Source of the DNA: Spironucleus salmonicida
Lineage: Eukaryota
Assembly: GCF_000497125.1 (NCBI RefSeq)
Contig: NC_090604.1
Location: 124,001 to 188,000, forward strand
Direction: 5' to 3'
Length of the DNA stretch: 64,000 nucleotides
The notes beneath the pieces were generated by a model. That model did no database searches and was not told where the DNA came from. It saw only the letters and a program-made list of their open reading frames with translations. Each line of letters opens with the position of its first letter. The stretch's first letter is position 1. Shown here piece after piece: positions 41,054 to 53,022 of this stretch. Made by a program: the position numbers and the translations under genes.

Positions 41054-41713
41054 TCACTTTTTAATTCCTAAAATCTCAATCTATTTCTGTACTCTATCAA
41101 GCCTGTTTTATAAGTCAGAACTGGCAAGACTGCTACAATGACTAGAATTACGGATCTCCCTGCTTTATGATAATGATTTTGTGATTGACATTAATGCACT
41201 CTCTACTGTTTTCAATCTTTCGTCTACTCGTAAGGTATGCTATAATTAAGACTCAGATTACGCTAATTTTTCTCGTACCTTATTGGCTACCATCTGCTCC
41301 AGCTCTAATTAAGACACCATTAAGTATCCAGCTGGAACTTATATATCTTATATATTTTAATTTGAAGATTAAACTGGAGGATGGAATGGTGTGTTCATAA
41401 TATTTTTATTTTGGAAAGGGTTATGGAAGACTGATTAGTTATCATTTTGTTGCTGAATCGCTCCAGAATTATTAAGTTAATTAACTTAGTTTGTGAGCTA
41501 TTAGATTTATTCTTAAAGCGACTACACGGCATCATATGTGTCATGTGATTTTGGAACTGCTGGGGTCTGCATGGGTTGGGGTGTCGAAAACGGTTATGGT
41601 GAAGATTTGGAGCCAGGCATTGCTGACGATGGAATAAGTGGTTCTGGTGAGTTCTAAAATATGGATTATTCCAAATTATCCATGAATAGCGAATCTCCGT
41701 TGAGAGTAGACAT
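41054..41713 (-). CDS. Hypothetical Pro/Gln-rich coiled-coil protein (219 aa)
   Basis: ATG 41713 MSTLNGDSLFMDNLEQ..., open to AAG TGA at 41054. Confidence 0.7.
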
Positions 41714-41895
41714 TTAAATTTTTGGAGTGTAAACTAGTAAATACATTATTATGTAGGAAAAAGTAAATATGGTGATGTTCAAGTATTGTTATAATATATA
41801 TTATTTTTCATATTAAAATTAAAAATTATATAATAAATATTATACAATAATATTTGATAAAATATTTTTACGCGCACTTTCCACTTAAGAGCAAA

Positions 41896-42447
41896 ATGAA
41901 CGAATACGCCAACGACTCTGACGGAAAGAACGTCTACAACAGAAAACCAAATTCCAAACCTATTATCAGAGTCGGGAACTGGGTTGAGGAGCTGGTAATT
42001 TTTGAAGAAATGGAACGCAGAAGGCTCAACAACGAGGAAGATCCATCGGCACAGTCTTGTATTGTGGACCCTACTGTCGATCCCAAAGACCATTATACTA
42101 CAACCAACTCAATATACGGTAAGTTTTCGAAGAGGAAAGATGGTAATACCGTTTATAGGGAGCCAGGCCTTTCTATTGTTAAGGAGGAGTACGTCAATCC
42201 TAGAGAAGCCAAAAGGATATTCCAGCAGAGCTTATACGCTAATCCCGGCGGTCATGACGTTCTGAACACAGATATTTTGAAGAAAGAAAAAATGATGAGC
42301 ACCATGAACGTTGAGTTCCAGAAGGTCGAGTATGAACCTACTACGTACGGAAGCATACCTTAAGATACAATTTCAGTGCACAACTGTACAGGAAACGTTG
42401 TTTTTAAGAGAAGTGGTGCGTTTACGAAGCCAATTGAGGACTAGTGA
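41896..42447 (+). CDS. Probable ciliary microtubule inner protein (NWE-motif; SPAG8/FAP143- or CFAP107-like), 183 aa
   Basis: RVGNWVEE, YTTTNSIYG and C-terminal FKRSGAFTKPI. Extends past TAA 42361 to TGA at 42445-42447. Confidence 0.6.
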
Positions 42448-42703
42448 AAATGGTATTTTACTTAGTTATATTTATTATTGGGTCTATATAGTAACCACTC
42501 TAACTTTACTTTTCGATTCGGAAATTTCCAGCAAGTAAAATTTCAATTATCTGATCTGCTATATTTATCTTATATAAACATATAATAATTAGTAGCATAT
42601 AAATAATTATACTTCATTATACTAAATACCTCAATTGATTAATTATATACAGTTTGCTAGTTTCCCAGCATATACTAACATCACAATTCTATAATAAAAT
42701 ACT

Positions 42704-42937
42704 ATGACAATTGCCTCCAAAATGAACCCACGGCGCGCCCTTCACCGCCTGTCGACGTATTCGAGCCTGAGCGGCGCAATACAGCTCAACGGTAACCGCC
42801 CAACCGTTGTGAGAGAGCTGCTCCCCTACGCTGCCGTGAAGCAGTTTTTCGACGCCTACTCGCGGCAAAAAGTTCTCCTGCTGGAACTAGCCGAGCGCGT
42901 AGGAAAGCTAGAGACCGCCCTTAACAGGTGCCAGTGA
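42704..42937 (+). CDS. Hypothetical protein (77 aa)
   Basis: GC-rich ORF after an AT-rich leader. C-terminal coiled-coil pattern, ends CAG TGA. Confidence 0.6.
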   Translation: MTIASKMNPRRALHRLSTYSSLSGAIQLNGNRPTVVRELLPYAAVKQFFDAYSRQKVLLLELAERVGKLETALNRCQ

Positions 42938-43037
42938 CTACCGCATTTTCGCCTCCCACTCCACATGCGAAAAATCCCCTTCCACTAATTATATATACCT
43001 ATTATTATACATTAATATATACAAATTTCCCTTCCAC

Positions 43038-44555
43038 TCACAATTCGTCAATTTCGATTTTCGCGGCCGCCACCTTTTTCAGGCGCGGCTGAATCTTGCA
43101 AAACAGCACGAGCGCGCAACCCGCCGCCGCCGTAACCGCGCAAACGCCCAAAATCGAAACTTCCAAAATCACAATTTTCAGCTCGACGGAAAAGTGGAAA
43201 AACGGCTCAAAAACGTCGAAATCGACGCCGTTTTTCGTCAAAATCAAAATCCTGAACTCGTACGCCCCCTTGAGGCGCGCCACGGCGCTCTCCGGCACGC
43301 CGCTTACCCCCACCTCCAAATTTCTCCCCAGCACGAACTTCTGCTCGCGCAGCGCCACCGCGCGGTCGAAAAAGTAGTCCAGCGGCGTCTCGTAGAGCAG
43401 AATCCGCAGAAGTGCGAAGTGCGCCGTTATATCACATTCGCTCCGCGCCGAAATCGTCAATTTAGCGTCCAGAAGCGTCATTTTCGCGTCCTGGAAGCAG
43501 CTCCGCTGCGCCGGAAAGTGGTCGAAGTAGACCCGGTCGAACGGTGCGTTTTCGGCGTCCAGGAGCGCGAAACTGACCGTCCCGAGCGCTGGTTCTAGCA
43601 CGCGTTCCGTGCAGGCTCCGAACTCGGCCGCGTCGCTGCCGAACGTGCGCACGTCCATGTTGGCGGCGAAAAAACCGCGAATTGCGATGTTGTTTTTGAC
43701 GCTTTCGGCAGCAAAATCAGCCAGGAGCTCGCACGCGCCGTCGTTAAGCGAGATTAGGATTGAGGCCGTTTCGGCGCGCGCGAGCTGCTGCTCGAAGTAG
43801 GCGCTCTGGCTCAGTTGGACGAAAATGCCGGTCGGGAATATGTTGAAACGTGAAATTTCGCCAGGTGAGGGTTATTTGAAGTAGATGAGCTCTGAAACGC
43901 TGATTTCGCCGGTCGCAAGGACCGAATTCGCGCCGAACGTGCATCGCAGCGTGATTGTTGAGATGCCGGTGAGGTACAGGATTTGGGAGAGCGCGGAATT
44001 GGGAAATTCTAGCTGGAGCGTGAAATTGGCTAGGGTCACGACGGGGGCGCCTGAAAATTTGACGGTGTAGGTCGTATCGAAATTTGAAATTAGCAGCGAT
44101 GCGTCTGTGACGTCCAGCGCAGTGAAGGTGCTTGGAAATCGCGTTGTGGCGGTGAAAACCGTTTGGTTGTATTCAACTTCTAGAGAGTGGAAAACTGAGC
44201 TGGTTTTGAAGCGCGTGAGCGTGATTTGCTGGATTTGGAGCAGAAGGATTTGGCTGTAGCTGCGCAGCTGCATAAGCGTGCCAGAGAGGTTTAGGTAAAT
44301 GGATAGGTCAGGAGCGCTTATAAAAATGGACTTCGTTATCTCGTACTAGAAGTCGGTGACGACTTTTTGGAGGTCTAGAGAGCTGTTTGTGAACCGCAGC
44401 TGGATCTGAACTGCGGTGGGGAGGGCTGCGCAATCTGCGTTTTTGGATGAATCGAGGTGGATGATTATGCCGTTATGCATTTCCGACACTTCGAGACGCG
44501 TCTGCTCATTGTAGCACGAGCTGAGCACTGTGTAAGATGCTAGTAGAGTCATCAT
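43038..44555 (-). CDS. Type I transmembrane protein (505 aa)
   Basis: Three in-frame ORF fragments joined by TAR. N-terminus MMTLLASYTVLSSCY, C-terminal TM VSILGVCAVTAAAGCALVLFC plus a basic tail. Confidence 0.75.
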
Positions 44556-45842
44556 TTTTGCAGAATGATTTGTGTAGATCGGATGATAGGTATTTGATTA
44601 TTTTCTACACGATGCAAATACTTGTTGTTAGCATATTAAAAATACAATATTTAATGTTAGTTTCTACAGCAAAAAGAGTAAACAAATAGTATTCAATTAG
44701 TATGTTAGGAGTAATTGCTAGTGTGATTAGGAATGGAAAGTATACACAATTCGCTATTTCTGTTAGTATTGATAGTAGATTCATAATAGGTGATAAAACA
44801 AATTCTTGATAAATATAGTCAGATATTAGGGGATTAAACAGTTCTGGAGCTGAAGTGTCAAGCTATACGTAAATATTTGCTTATTTCAGTTTCCTATTAT
44901 TCGATTGCGATAAATTTACGCTAAAATACATCATGATATTGTGCTTAAATATTCATTTCCCTACAGTTATTTCTGATGAGCATAATATATAACACCATTT
45001 AATATTGTCAATGCATATTTACTGCATTTAAAGCTATGTTGAATCTGAGTTTGATAATAATTATCTTGGGAATGATCAATATCTGAAATCAAGTAAATAG
45101 ATAGACTCTAATAAGAAAAATAAATTTGATATTATATCTAGTATTAAACTAAAATCATCTAAGGTTTTATAGCTTGCGGCGATCTATTATCTACATTGTT
45201 GAAAAGTATGGAGTTTGAGCATCATAGCTTAAAATTAGTATATTGTCTCGTTCATACTTTATAAATCTTTTATAAAATGATAAATAAATACCACGTCACT
45301 GTGTAGGATATCCCTATAGCATAATCATAATCATTTGATGATTTTATAGTTAGTAAAATCTAATTGTGATGTTTAGGAAATATTGCGAATTAGTGAATTC
45401 AGTATTTCTTATGGATCTGTTTCAAATGTAAGTAAGTAATCGTAATCGCAAATAATTTATTTGGGGGGATCCGTGAGAGGTACTATATTTGCATGGTTGC
45501 ACGCTAAATGATAGAAACTATTTAGGTTCATTTTATTTATAAATATATTATATCAATATAATATATATTTTTATTTTTATATATTATATAATTTATGTAT
45601 AATATTTATTGAAATTTAAAATCCATTATACTAATAAATGTATATACTACATATGAAAGATGAAAGATTATTCTACTTTTCTTTAATTATATTAATTTAT
45701 CTATAATACTTTATAGGCGTAATTGTTATTTTCTTATTTGCAAAACATAGACAAATTAAAAATTTATATTTAATTTTTGATAAAATCAAAAAACTTATAT
45801 TATTATCATTATACTATAATAACTAATCTACGTTAACTAAAA

Positions 45843-46361
45843 ATGATACCAAAACTGAATATCCCTACAAATCCTACTTCGCTTCCCATTAAACCATCAA
45901 GCTCGTTCCACTCACTTTTATCAAATAGAACGTTCGAGCATTTATCCGAAATTAAGCTCACCGACGTTGCCACAAACTCTAAATTTAAACTTGGACTTAC
46001 CATTTTGCACATGCTTAATACATCATCACATTACGAAGTTCTTACTTCTAGAGATGGATAAAATTATAAGACGTCCAAAGTCGTTACTCCTGAAATGGTA
46101 GATATGTTTGCAATGTAGTTAAGGATAAAGCCTGAAGTTATGTAAAAAACACTTGATACTTGCAAGGAAGATTAATTGTGGTAAAATGAGTTGGGATCTT
46201 GCTATTTTGCTGTTTTAAACTATCTTGATAAACACTACAAAACAAGTCAAATCTGGGAAGTTGAAAATCCCTGGAAGCTGCTCGATGGAAAGTATTTTAA
46301 AGATTTAGAAATGGAATTCGAGAAGGTGATGAAGGCTACACCTAGGTCTTTTAGAATGTGA
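45843..46361 (+). CDS. Hypothetical protein (172 aa)
   Basis: ORF 45843 read through TAA codons to TGA at 46359-46361. Confidence 0.65.
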
Positions 46362-47837
46362 TTGACGATTTATTTTTCATACGATTAGGCTAGCAAAATA
46401 ACTGTGGTTGATAATGATGATAGTGTTTCCTAATAATTAAAATTAGATAATTATCATCATTTGAACACGAAATTTAGTTGATATATAGATATAGATGCTA
46501 AAATATGACATATAATTATACATACGTAAATTTAATTGAGGTTACTGTCATAAACTCCTGGCAATATTATTATTTATTTAGGTTACTTTAACATAATTCT
46601 AAATATAAATACCTATTAAGTAGTTGATAAAAATATTGTATAATTAGATAAATTAAGATTTTATCATTTTACTATCTAATTTCTATGAAGAATATTCATA
46701 TCTTTGATGGTTAAAATTTTATTTAAAGATTCATATTCTAATCACTATAAATAATTTTTATGAAAGCACTATAACTTATTTAGATTCTTATTTATTTATT
46801 ATAATCCACAAATAATTGTTGTTGTCTATAATGAAATTTATTCTCCACATTGAAAATTTATTACGTCCTGTATTAACTTAAACGTCAAAAAATATTTTCA
46901 TCATATTTTATAGTACCACTAATCGGAAAAGAAAACTATAACCTATATTATCAGCTTTTCAGTTTATATTATTATAATCATTATTACCTAATATATATCG
47001 GATTTTAATTTTAATAATATATTTCTAGCAATCATTTTCGTGTTAATAACCAAATCAGTAAAATTTAGTTTAAATTAAAAATCTGTATCTACAATTAAAC
47101 TAATAGTCATTTAAATTCTTACAAATTATTTAATTCAGCAGAATTAACTAGTTAGAAAAATACTTTAACCCCTTCAGCTTTAAGTATTTCTGGTATGTAA
47201 ATAAATTATGTGCCCTGATAAAGGGCAAATTATTATTTTGTAATTAACAGTAATGACTTCACATTCCAATATATATTAACGGTAAGCACAACCGTTCAAC
47301 TATAACTGTTTACTGCATAAACCTTATTCTATCATCCTCTTTTCATTCTAAAACCTAATAAATCCACTATAAGAGTATAATCTCTCTATTTTGTTGAGTT
47401 TTCTATAATTTTTGTAAAAAACTACAAGATAATGTACATCTTACTAATAAATATTAATCAAATATATGCAGTAATTACTCAATTATAAAACCAAGTATTT
47501 ATTATACCAATTACAATCTCCTTATAGTTTTTATAAACCAAAGCTTTGTAGTTTTTGTAAAAATAAATCTCCGTCATAAAATATTTTAGAATATAACTAA
47601 CTCACATCTTAGTATACTACATTATCTCTAAACAAGCTTTACCCTACCCAATCATGTAAATTAACAGATCTACCCCCAATACCAAAAAATCATCATCATC
47701 CTATTTAGAAACTTTTCACATTATTATATTATTTAACGTATAAATCACTTTTTCACCACTCCGTTTTTACAAATATGTATATTACTAAAATATTATAAAA
47801 TAATCATATTATAAACATTTTCACCATTCCTAATTAG

Positions 47838-48215
47838 ATGGAAAAAGTGATCAACATAATAACGGCAATTGTTTGCGTAGTTTTGTCGATTATCTGCTTT
47901 TTGGCGGTTTATATCGACAACATAACGGTGCTAATACAGGCCGCTTTTGTGATCCTCATTTTGCTCATTTTAGCAGCAGCGCCGTTCAAGGGCGCGGCGC
48001 AGTTCGGCGTCCTGAACAATCCCATCGGCAGGCCGATTGTGCTCACGTTCGTCAGTGGCTTCTACTTCCCTAATTTCAACGCCTTCTGCTCCAGCGGCTG
48101 GATCTCCTGCCTGCTAAACATCGCCGGTATCATTGGTTTCGTTTACGGGCTAGTTCTGCTGATCATCAATATCGTTTTGATGGCGATGAAAAAAATTGAC
48201 TATAAGCAGTGCTGA
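47838..48215 (+). CDS. Small 4-TM membrane protein, possibly COPI-associated/TVP15-like (125 aa)
   Basis: Four hydrophobic segments. FGVLNNPIGRPIVLTFVSG resembles the FGFL...GRG.FY.F.G pattern. TGA followed by AGTGA. Confidence 0.65.
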   Translation: MEKVINIITAIVCVVLSIICFLAVYIDNITVLIQAAFVILILLILAAAPFKGAAQFGVLNNPIGRPIVLTFVSGFYFPNFNAFCSSGWISCLLNIAGIIGFVYGLVLLIINIVLMAMKKIDYKQC

Positions 48216-48375
48216 AGTGATTGGTGGTATTAAGTTTGTATAATAATAATAGTATAGAAAATTTAAAGTATATGATTTTTGAGAAAATGCATGTTTTTCT
48301 AAATTTTGTTATATCATTTGTTTAAATATTATATCGACATTGATTTTCACTTCTTTAACGAAAACCCTCAAATCT

Positions 48376-49236
48376 TCATTCTGCTGCCTCGTCCTCGCCC
48401 CACCAAAAATTGAGCAAAATCTCTTTGAAGTAGTGTTGGCCGTCTGTGTCGCTCACATCAACCAAAACGCTCCAGTCAATCTTGCAGTCTTCCGTCACGA
48501 AGCTACAGAAAGCCTCCTGCAGTCTGAAAAGTGGAATCTTGAAAGGCACAATTTCGCCCCGAACGGGCGCCCCTTCCATCGCCTGATATCTGAAAATATC
48601 CTCCCAATCGTGTACAAAAATCTGGTTCCGCTCCTTGTACTGGCTCCGGACACGTAGAATGACCTCCATTTGCACGAACTTTTTCTAGCAAAGCAAGAAA
48701 TTTACAGAACCTAAAAAACTATCTCGGGCGAGATTTAGAGTGGTATTTGAGGTTTAAATTTCAATTTGAATTGCATTTTCCGCTCCTACTTCGGTCTTGA
48801 ATGGCGTAATTTCGCGCTGCGGAGATGGCACGAAACGCTCAAAAAAGAGTGCAGACGATGGGGTTTCTAGGTATTTTGCTGTATTAGAAGTTTTAAGAAT
48901 CGCTTTCAAGCAGTATATGATCTCTATCGAGCCTGCTTTTCCGGTGCTGTAGGGTAGCTAGACCTACCCTAGGTCGAACGGTATGGAACGCGGAAGTGTT
49001 GACTTCTCCGCTCCAAAAATATCCTTCTGGAGCTCGAAGAACACTGATTTGATGAGCTTGTTGACAAGAACGAGGCCAGTGATTTAGACGGAAATTCCCT
49101 GGTGCGAGGTTGCCTTCAGCGGCGTGAATATAACAGTTCCAGCCAATTTTGTTGTAATTTTGGTCAATGGCAGGCCATTTGATAAAGGAAGCATCTGGAG
49201 CGCTGGCACTTATAGGGCTAGAGTGAATTTAGACAT
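48376..49236 (-). CDS. VPS26: Retromer subunit Vps26 (286 aa)
   Basis: KTEVGAENAIQIE, YQAMEGAPVRGEIVPFKIPL and DTDGQHYFKEILLNFW match Vps26 motifs (KMEVGIEDCLHIE, YEIMDGAPVKGESIP, DEEDRRYFKQQEIILW). Confidence 0.88.
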
Positions 49237-49458
49237 TATTGGAAAGGCCGATTTAACGATATATATCAATATTATATATGAATAAATGATAACCTAAACA
49301 GTGATTTAAAAATTTAAAAATTTATATTATATAATAAAATATATATAAAAATTTAATTATAATAACTATTAACTACTAAAACATAATACAAAAAAAAATA
49401 ATTCTAAAAGTATGGTATATATTTATTATATATAAAATTTTATTACTACCGATATAAA

Positions 49459-49872
49459 ATGGAATAGTTTAACTTTGCAAATTATTTGCTTTTCGAGAAC
49501 AAATTTCCTTAGGTAGCTGCAAACTTACCAGCTACCAGAAAGTAAAAAATAATTTCACTGTCGTACTCGGACTCTATGAATATGTTCCTCCCTTCATTGA
49601 GGTCCAGCCAGATAATATTCAGAAATACCACATAAAGAGGCTTAAACCTACCCGAAGTTGTCGAAAAGGATATTTTAAAATAGTTCAATTCGACTCTAAA
49701 GACCAAGCAATGCCCACAGCAGCATCAATAAGTTCGCAGGGCCCAGATATTCGCACAACCAGCTGCCCCCCTTATTCGTCTTAACAGGTCTATGTAATAA
49801 ATTAGCTAAAGCCAGAGCCTGCGAAAAAATGGAGAGGCAAAAGAGTACATCAAAAACTATAAATTTGTCTGA
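49459..49872 (+). CDS. Hypothetical protein (137 aa)
   Basis: ATG 49459 after an AT-rich leader, open in the TAR=Gln code to TGA at 49870-49872. Confidence 0.55.
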
Positions 49873-49914
49873 CAAGTACATTGAAATATCCTGACCTGAG
49901 TATCAATAATTCTC

Positions 49915-50859
49915 TCACTCCACTTACTCCAAGACTCCCTTGATCACGCCTTTCATCTCCTCTGGAATGTGTTTAGGGAACTCCACAATGAACTCGATCT
50001 TCAGGTCGCCGAACCCTCCGTTGATTTTTGGCATTCCTTCACCATGGACAACTTTGATGCCGCCGCTCTAGATTACCTCATTGCACTCTACGTGTAGTGC
50101 ACGACCGTCCAGAGTCTTGATTTCGCTCGAAAATCCGCATAGTGCCTCGGCGAGCGAGATCTTCAGTTATATCATCAGATCATCACCGTTCCTCTTAAAA
50201 ATTTCGTGTTATTCCTCCTAGATAATAAAAATGACATCAGAAGGCACGATTCCGAAGGCTTCATTACCTAATTCTCTGAAACGAATTTCTGTGTTCTACT
50301 TCCATCCTTTTTGCACCTGGATTTCAACAATTTCAGGCTTTTCGTAGAAAGTAGAATCAGCATTCAAAATTCTCTTTAGAATCTTTCTCTTCTTAACACA
50401 GCCGAAGTATAACTCTTCTAGATTGAGTTTCAAATCTACGAAAATATCGCCGTCTTTTTCGCTTCTTTTTACTCTAGGTCTCCAGTTTCTCTCATCCGCA
50501 CCTGGGAAAGCGCCGAAATCAGAAATACCTACATCATAGTCGCATGAGAATGGGTCTGATGAGCCGAATATTTACTCAAAGATGGTTAGGGAAGTGGATA
50601 GGGGAGGGAAATTTTCGCCGGATGTAGATAACTTTCCATCATTTTCCTAGAATTTAAAGATTTCTCCGAAGCGATCGAAGCGAGCTTTAAGTTCGGGGTT
50701 GGATAGAATCTGGTACGCAGCCGTGATGTTTTAGAAAGGAAGTGTGGGGGAATCTTTGTTCCTAGAAGGATGAGTTTTAAGAGCTAAGCGACGATATGAG
50801 GATAGTATTTCCTGTGGGGTAGTAGTTGGCTGCAACTATAAAATCTCGTAGTACGTCAT
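49915..50859 (-). CDS. Class B DnaJ/Hsp40 with non-canonical HPS motif (DNAJB13/RSP16-like), 314 aa
   Basis: Absent from the ORF track. MTYYEILQL..SYRRLALKTHPSRN..AAYQILSN..FDRFGE, LNLEELYFGCVKKRKI, GWKQNTEIRF, ISLAEALCG, EGMP..GDL. Ends GAG TGA. Confidence 0.88.
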
Positions 50860-52260
50860 TGCGGTAATTTGGAGCGGATTGTAATTAATTTAAATAACAT
50901 ATTATTATATATTTAACAGACAATAAATATTTTACTTTTTACTAAATAATTAAATATTAATCTAGCGTATAGGAAAGTTAATATTTGTAAAAAATAAAAT
51001 TAAGATCAGGAGCCTAAATCTTAGTTTCGCCATAGTTCTAACAGTTGTCTCGAACAGAATTATGGTTACCATTCAATTTCAAGTATGCATATAGTTTCTG
51101 TTGAATATTGTAGTTCTAAGCCTTTTATCAATTACCATATAATTTATCTTATACTAAGAGCATATTTTCATATTATTATATACTTAGAATCAGGTATCAG
51201 TATTTGAGTAATAAAAATCTAATATAATTAATTATATTTTCCATTGTTTTATTTTCTATCCATGTTTCCTAGCAAAACTTCATAGTAAATTATCAAAATC
51301 TAATTCACAAAATTCTGATGCAAAACTAATTAAGCTATAATAATAATGAAAATCAAATTTTCAGTTTCTACATAGCGGCCCAGTCATTCTTGTAGTCATC
51401 TTCGCTGTAGTATAAATCAAATTCTACTAGCTCGGTGAAAAGCATTTCTAGCTTAACGAGCTCAACATCTTGGATCCCACTCACAGCACAGATTTATTTT
51501 ACCCATACGTACTTGTCATTGAAAAATTTATTTAGTAACTGGAAGGATACTGTGACGAGCTTCTGCCAGGAATATGGATTGATGGAAAAATCAATTCGCT
51601 TATTCAGTCTGGTAATAAGCATATACGCTTATAGAAGCTATTCATCGCAGATGTGGCAACGGGTGAGAAGCCTGTTGACAAACTTTTGGACGACCTCTAG
51701 CGAAGGGGAAGGGGCAGTTTAGGACAGGAATACAGAATACTAAGATTATGCAATACGTCGTAGTTCCTGCTTATTTGGAGGTAATTTTATCTGATTATAG
51801 ATTAACTCTGCAAAAAACTATGGGTTCATTCAAATTTTGGAAGGGAGCATACTACTATTTATCGTATTATATTGTATACATTTGCAAATGCACGCAAAAA
51901 ATAATATTAATATACTCATATAACTTATCATATTATCAAACTCCCGATATCTTGCCGGCTGAGAATATCAGGAATACTCGACCTGATACAGCATCAAACG
52001 CCTGTTCTTTTTCTTGAAATAATCAAAGTAATTCAATAATATCAATCTGAACATATTGGTAAGATGGTACAGTACTTTTGCATTTCTCGTTAATTTGGAA
52101 AAAATAAGCCTTTCTGACTTGCAGAAAATGCATCTGAGACCTTCATTAGCACGTACACTGTCTCAAGAGCAGAATTTGAAGCCGCGGACCCCGGGCGCTG
52201 GGCGGGTGCTGGGAAGCGGGCCCGCCCATCCCGAGGCGGGCGGTGCGCGAGAAAGATAAA

Positions 52261-52376
52261 ATTCGGCACAGCTCTTTCCCTCGTAGTCTCCCAGCGAAGT
52301 ACTCAATACTGCCAGGTCAGGCTTCACTTCACAATTTGGAACAAGATGTGGTGTTTAACTGACTGTATGACCGAAT
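52261..52376 (-). rRNA. 5S rRNA copy 1
   Basis: Minus strand ATTCGGTCATACAGTCAGTTAAACACCACATCTTGTTCCAAATTGTGAAGTGAAGCCTGACCTGGCAGTATTGAGTACTTCGCTGGGAGACTACGAGGGAAAGAGCTGTGCCGAAT then TTT. Helix I ATTCGG/CCGAAT, helix II CAGTCAG/CTGACCTG, helix III with AA bulge, box A-like AGTGAAGC, loop E AGTA and box C-like TGGGAGAC, oligo-T terminator. Confidence 0.92.
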
Positions 52377-52473
52377 CGAGAGTACTGGGGCGTGGCCGCG
52401 GACCCGGGCGCTGGGCGGGTGCTGGGAAGCGGGCCCGCCCATCCCGAGGCGGGCGGTGCGCGAGAAAGATAAA

Positions 52474-52589
52474 ATTCGGCACAGCTCTTTCCCTCGTAGT
52501 CTCCCAGCGAAGTACTCAATACTGCCAGGTCAGGCTTCACTTCACAATTTGGAACAAGATGTGGTGTTTAACTGACTGTATGACCGAAT
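52474..52589 (-). rRNA. 5S rRNA copy 2
   Basis: Identical to copy 1, offset +213. Confidence 0.92.
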
Positions 52590-53022
52590 CGAGAGTACTG
52601 GGACGGCCGGAAAGAAGGGGCGCCTCGCGCTGTTACTTTGCGACGCTTCCCGTGAGGCGCTAGCTCGAAGTGGGCCACGAGATGCTTCAGCTACCGCCCT
52701 GGGAAGCCAAGGTGAAAGTGCGTGGCTAAAGTTTGGGACGTACCAAGCCACTACGAAGTGGGAGTGAGACAGCATACTTAGGGGAGGCGCTGTGAAGGCA
52801 GATGACGGAGAAGTGACGGCTGCCCTTTCTAGCGTTTGGTTAGCTTGGGTGCATAGCCTCTGCTGGTAGATTTTGTTATAGGTGCAGTTAGTAAAAGCTA
52901 ATGCTAGGGCTAGGCAATTAATAGAATAAATACTGCCGAAACGTATAAATAAATCATTAGCATAGCTTATCAGCCAGCTAGAGTGGAGGGACGTGAGGGC
53001 GCTATAAATCAAGTAGGGTCAC

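Noticed and set aside
44600-45531. Possible minus-strand gene starting MNLNSFYHLAC
   Set aside because: In-frame TGA codons appear after about 66 codons and there is no recognisable domain.
51318-51900. Two overlapping open plus-strand frames next to the array, one protein-like (…EGYCDELLPGIWIDGK…) but lacking an ATG
   Set aside because: I cannot decide the frame or identify a homologue. It may be a gene remnant, but support is insufficient.
52542-53012. 156-aa minus-strand ORF MIYSALTS... repeated in each unit
   Set aside because: It starts at TTG, runs into the 5S gene and has no recognisable features. Its conservation is explained by array homogenisation.
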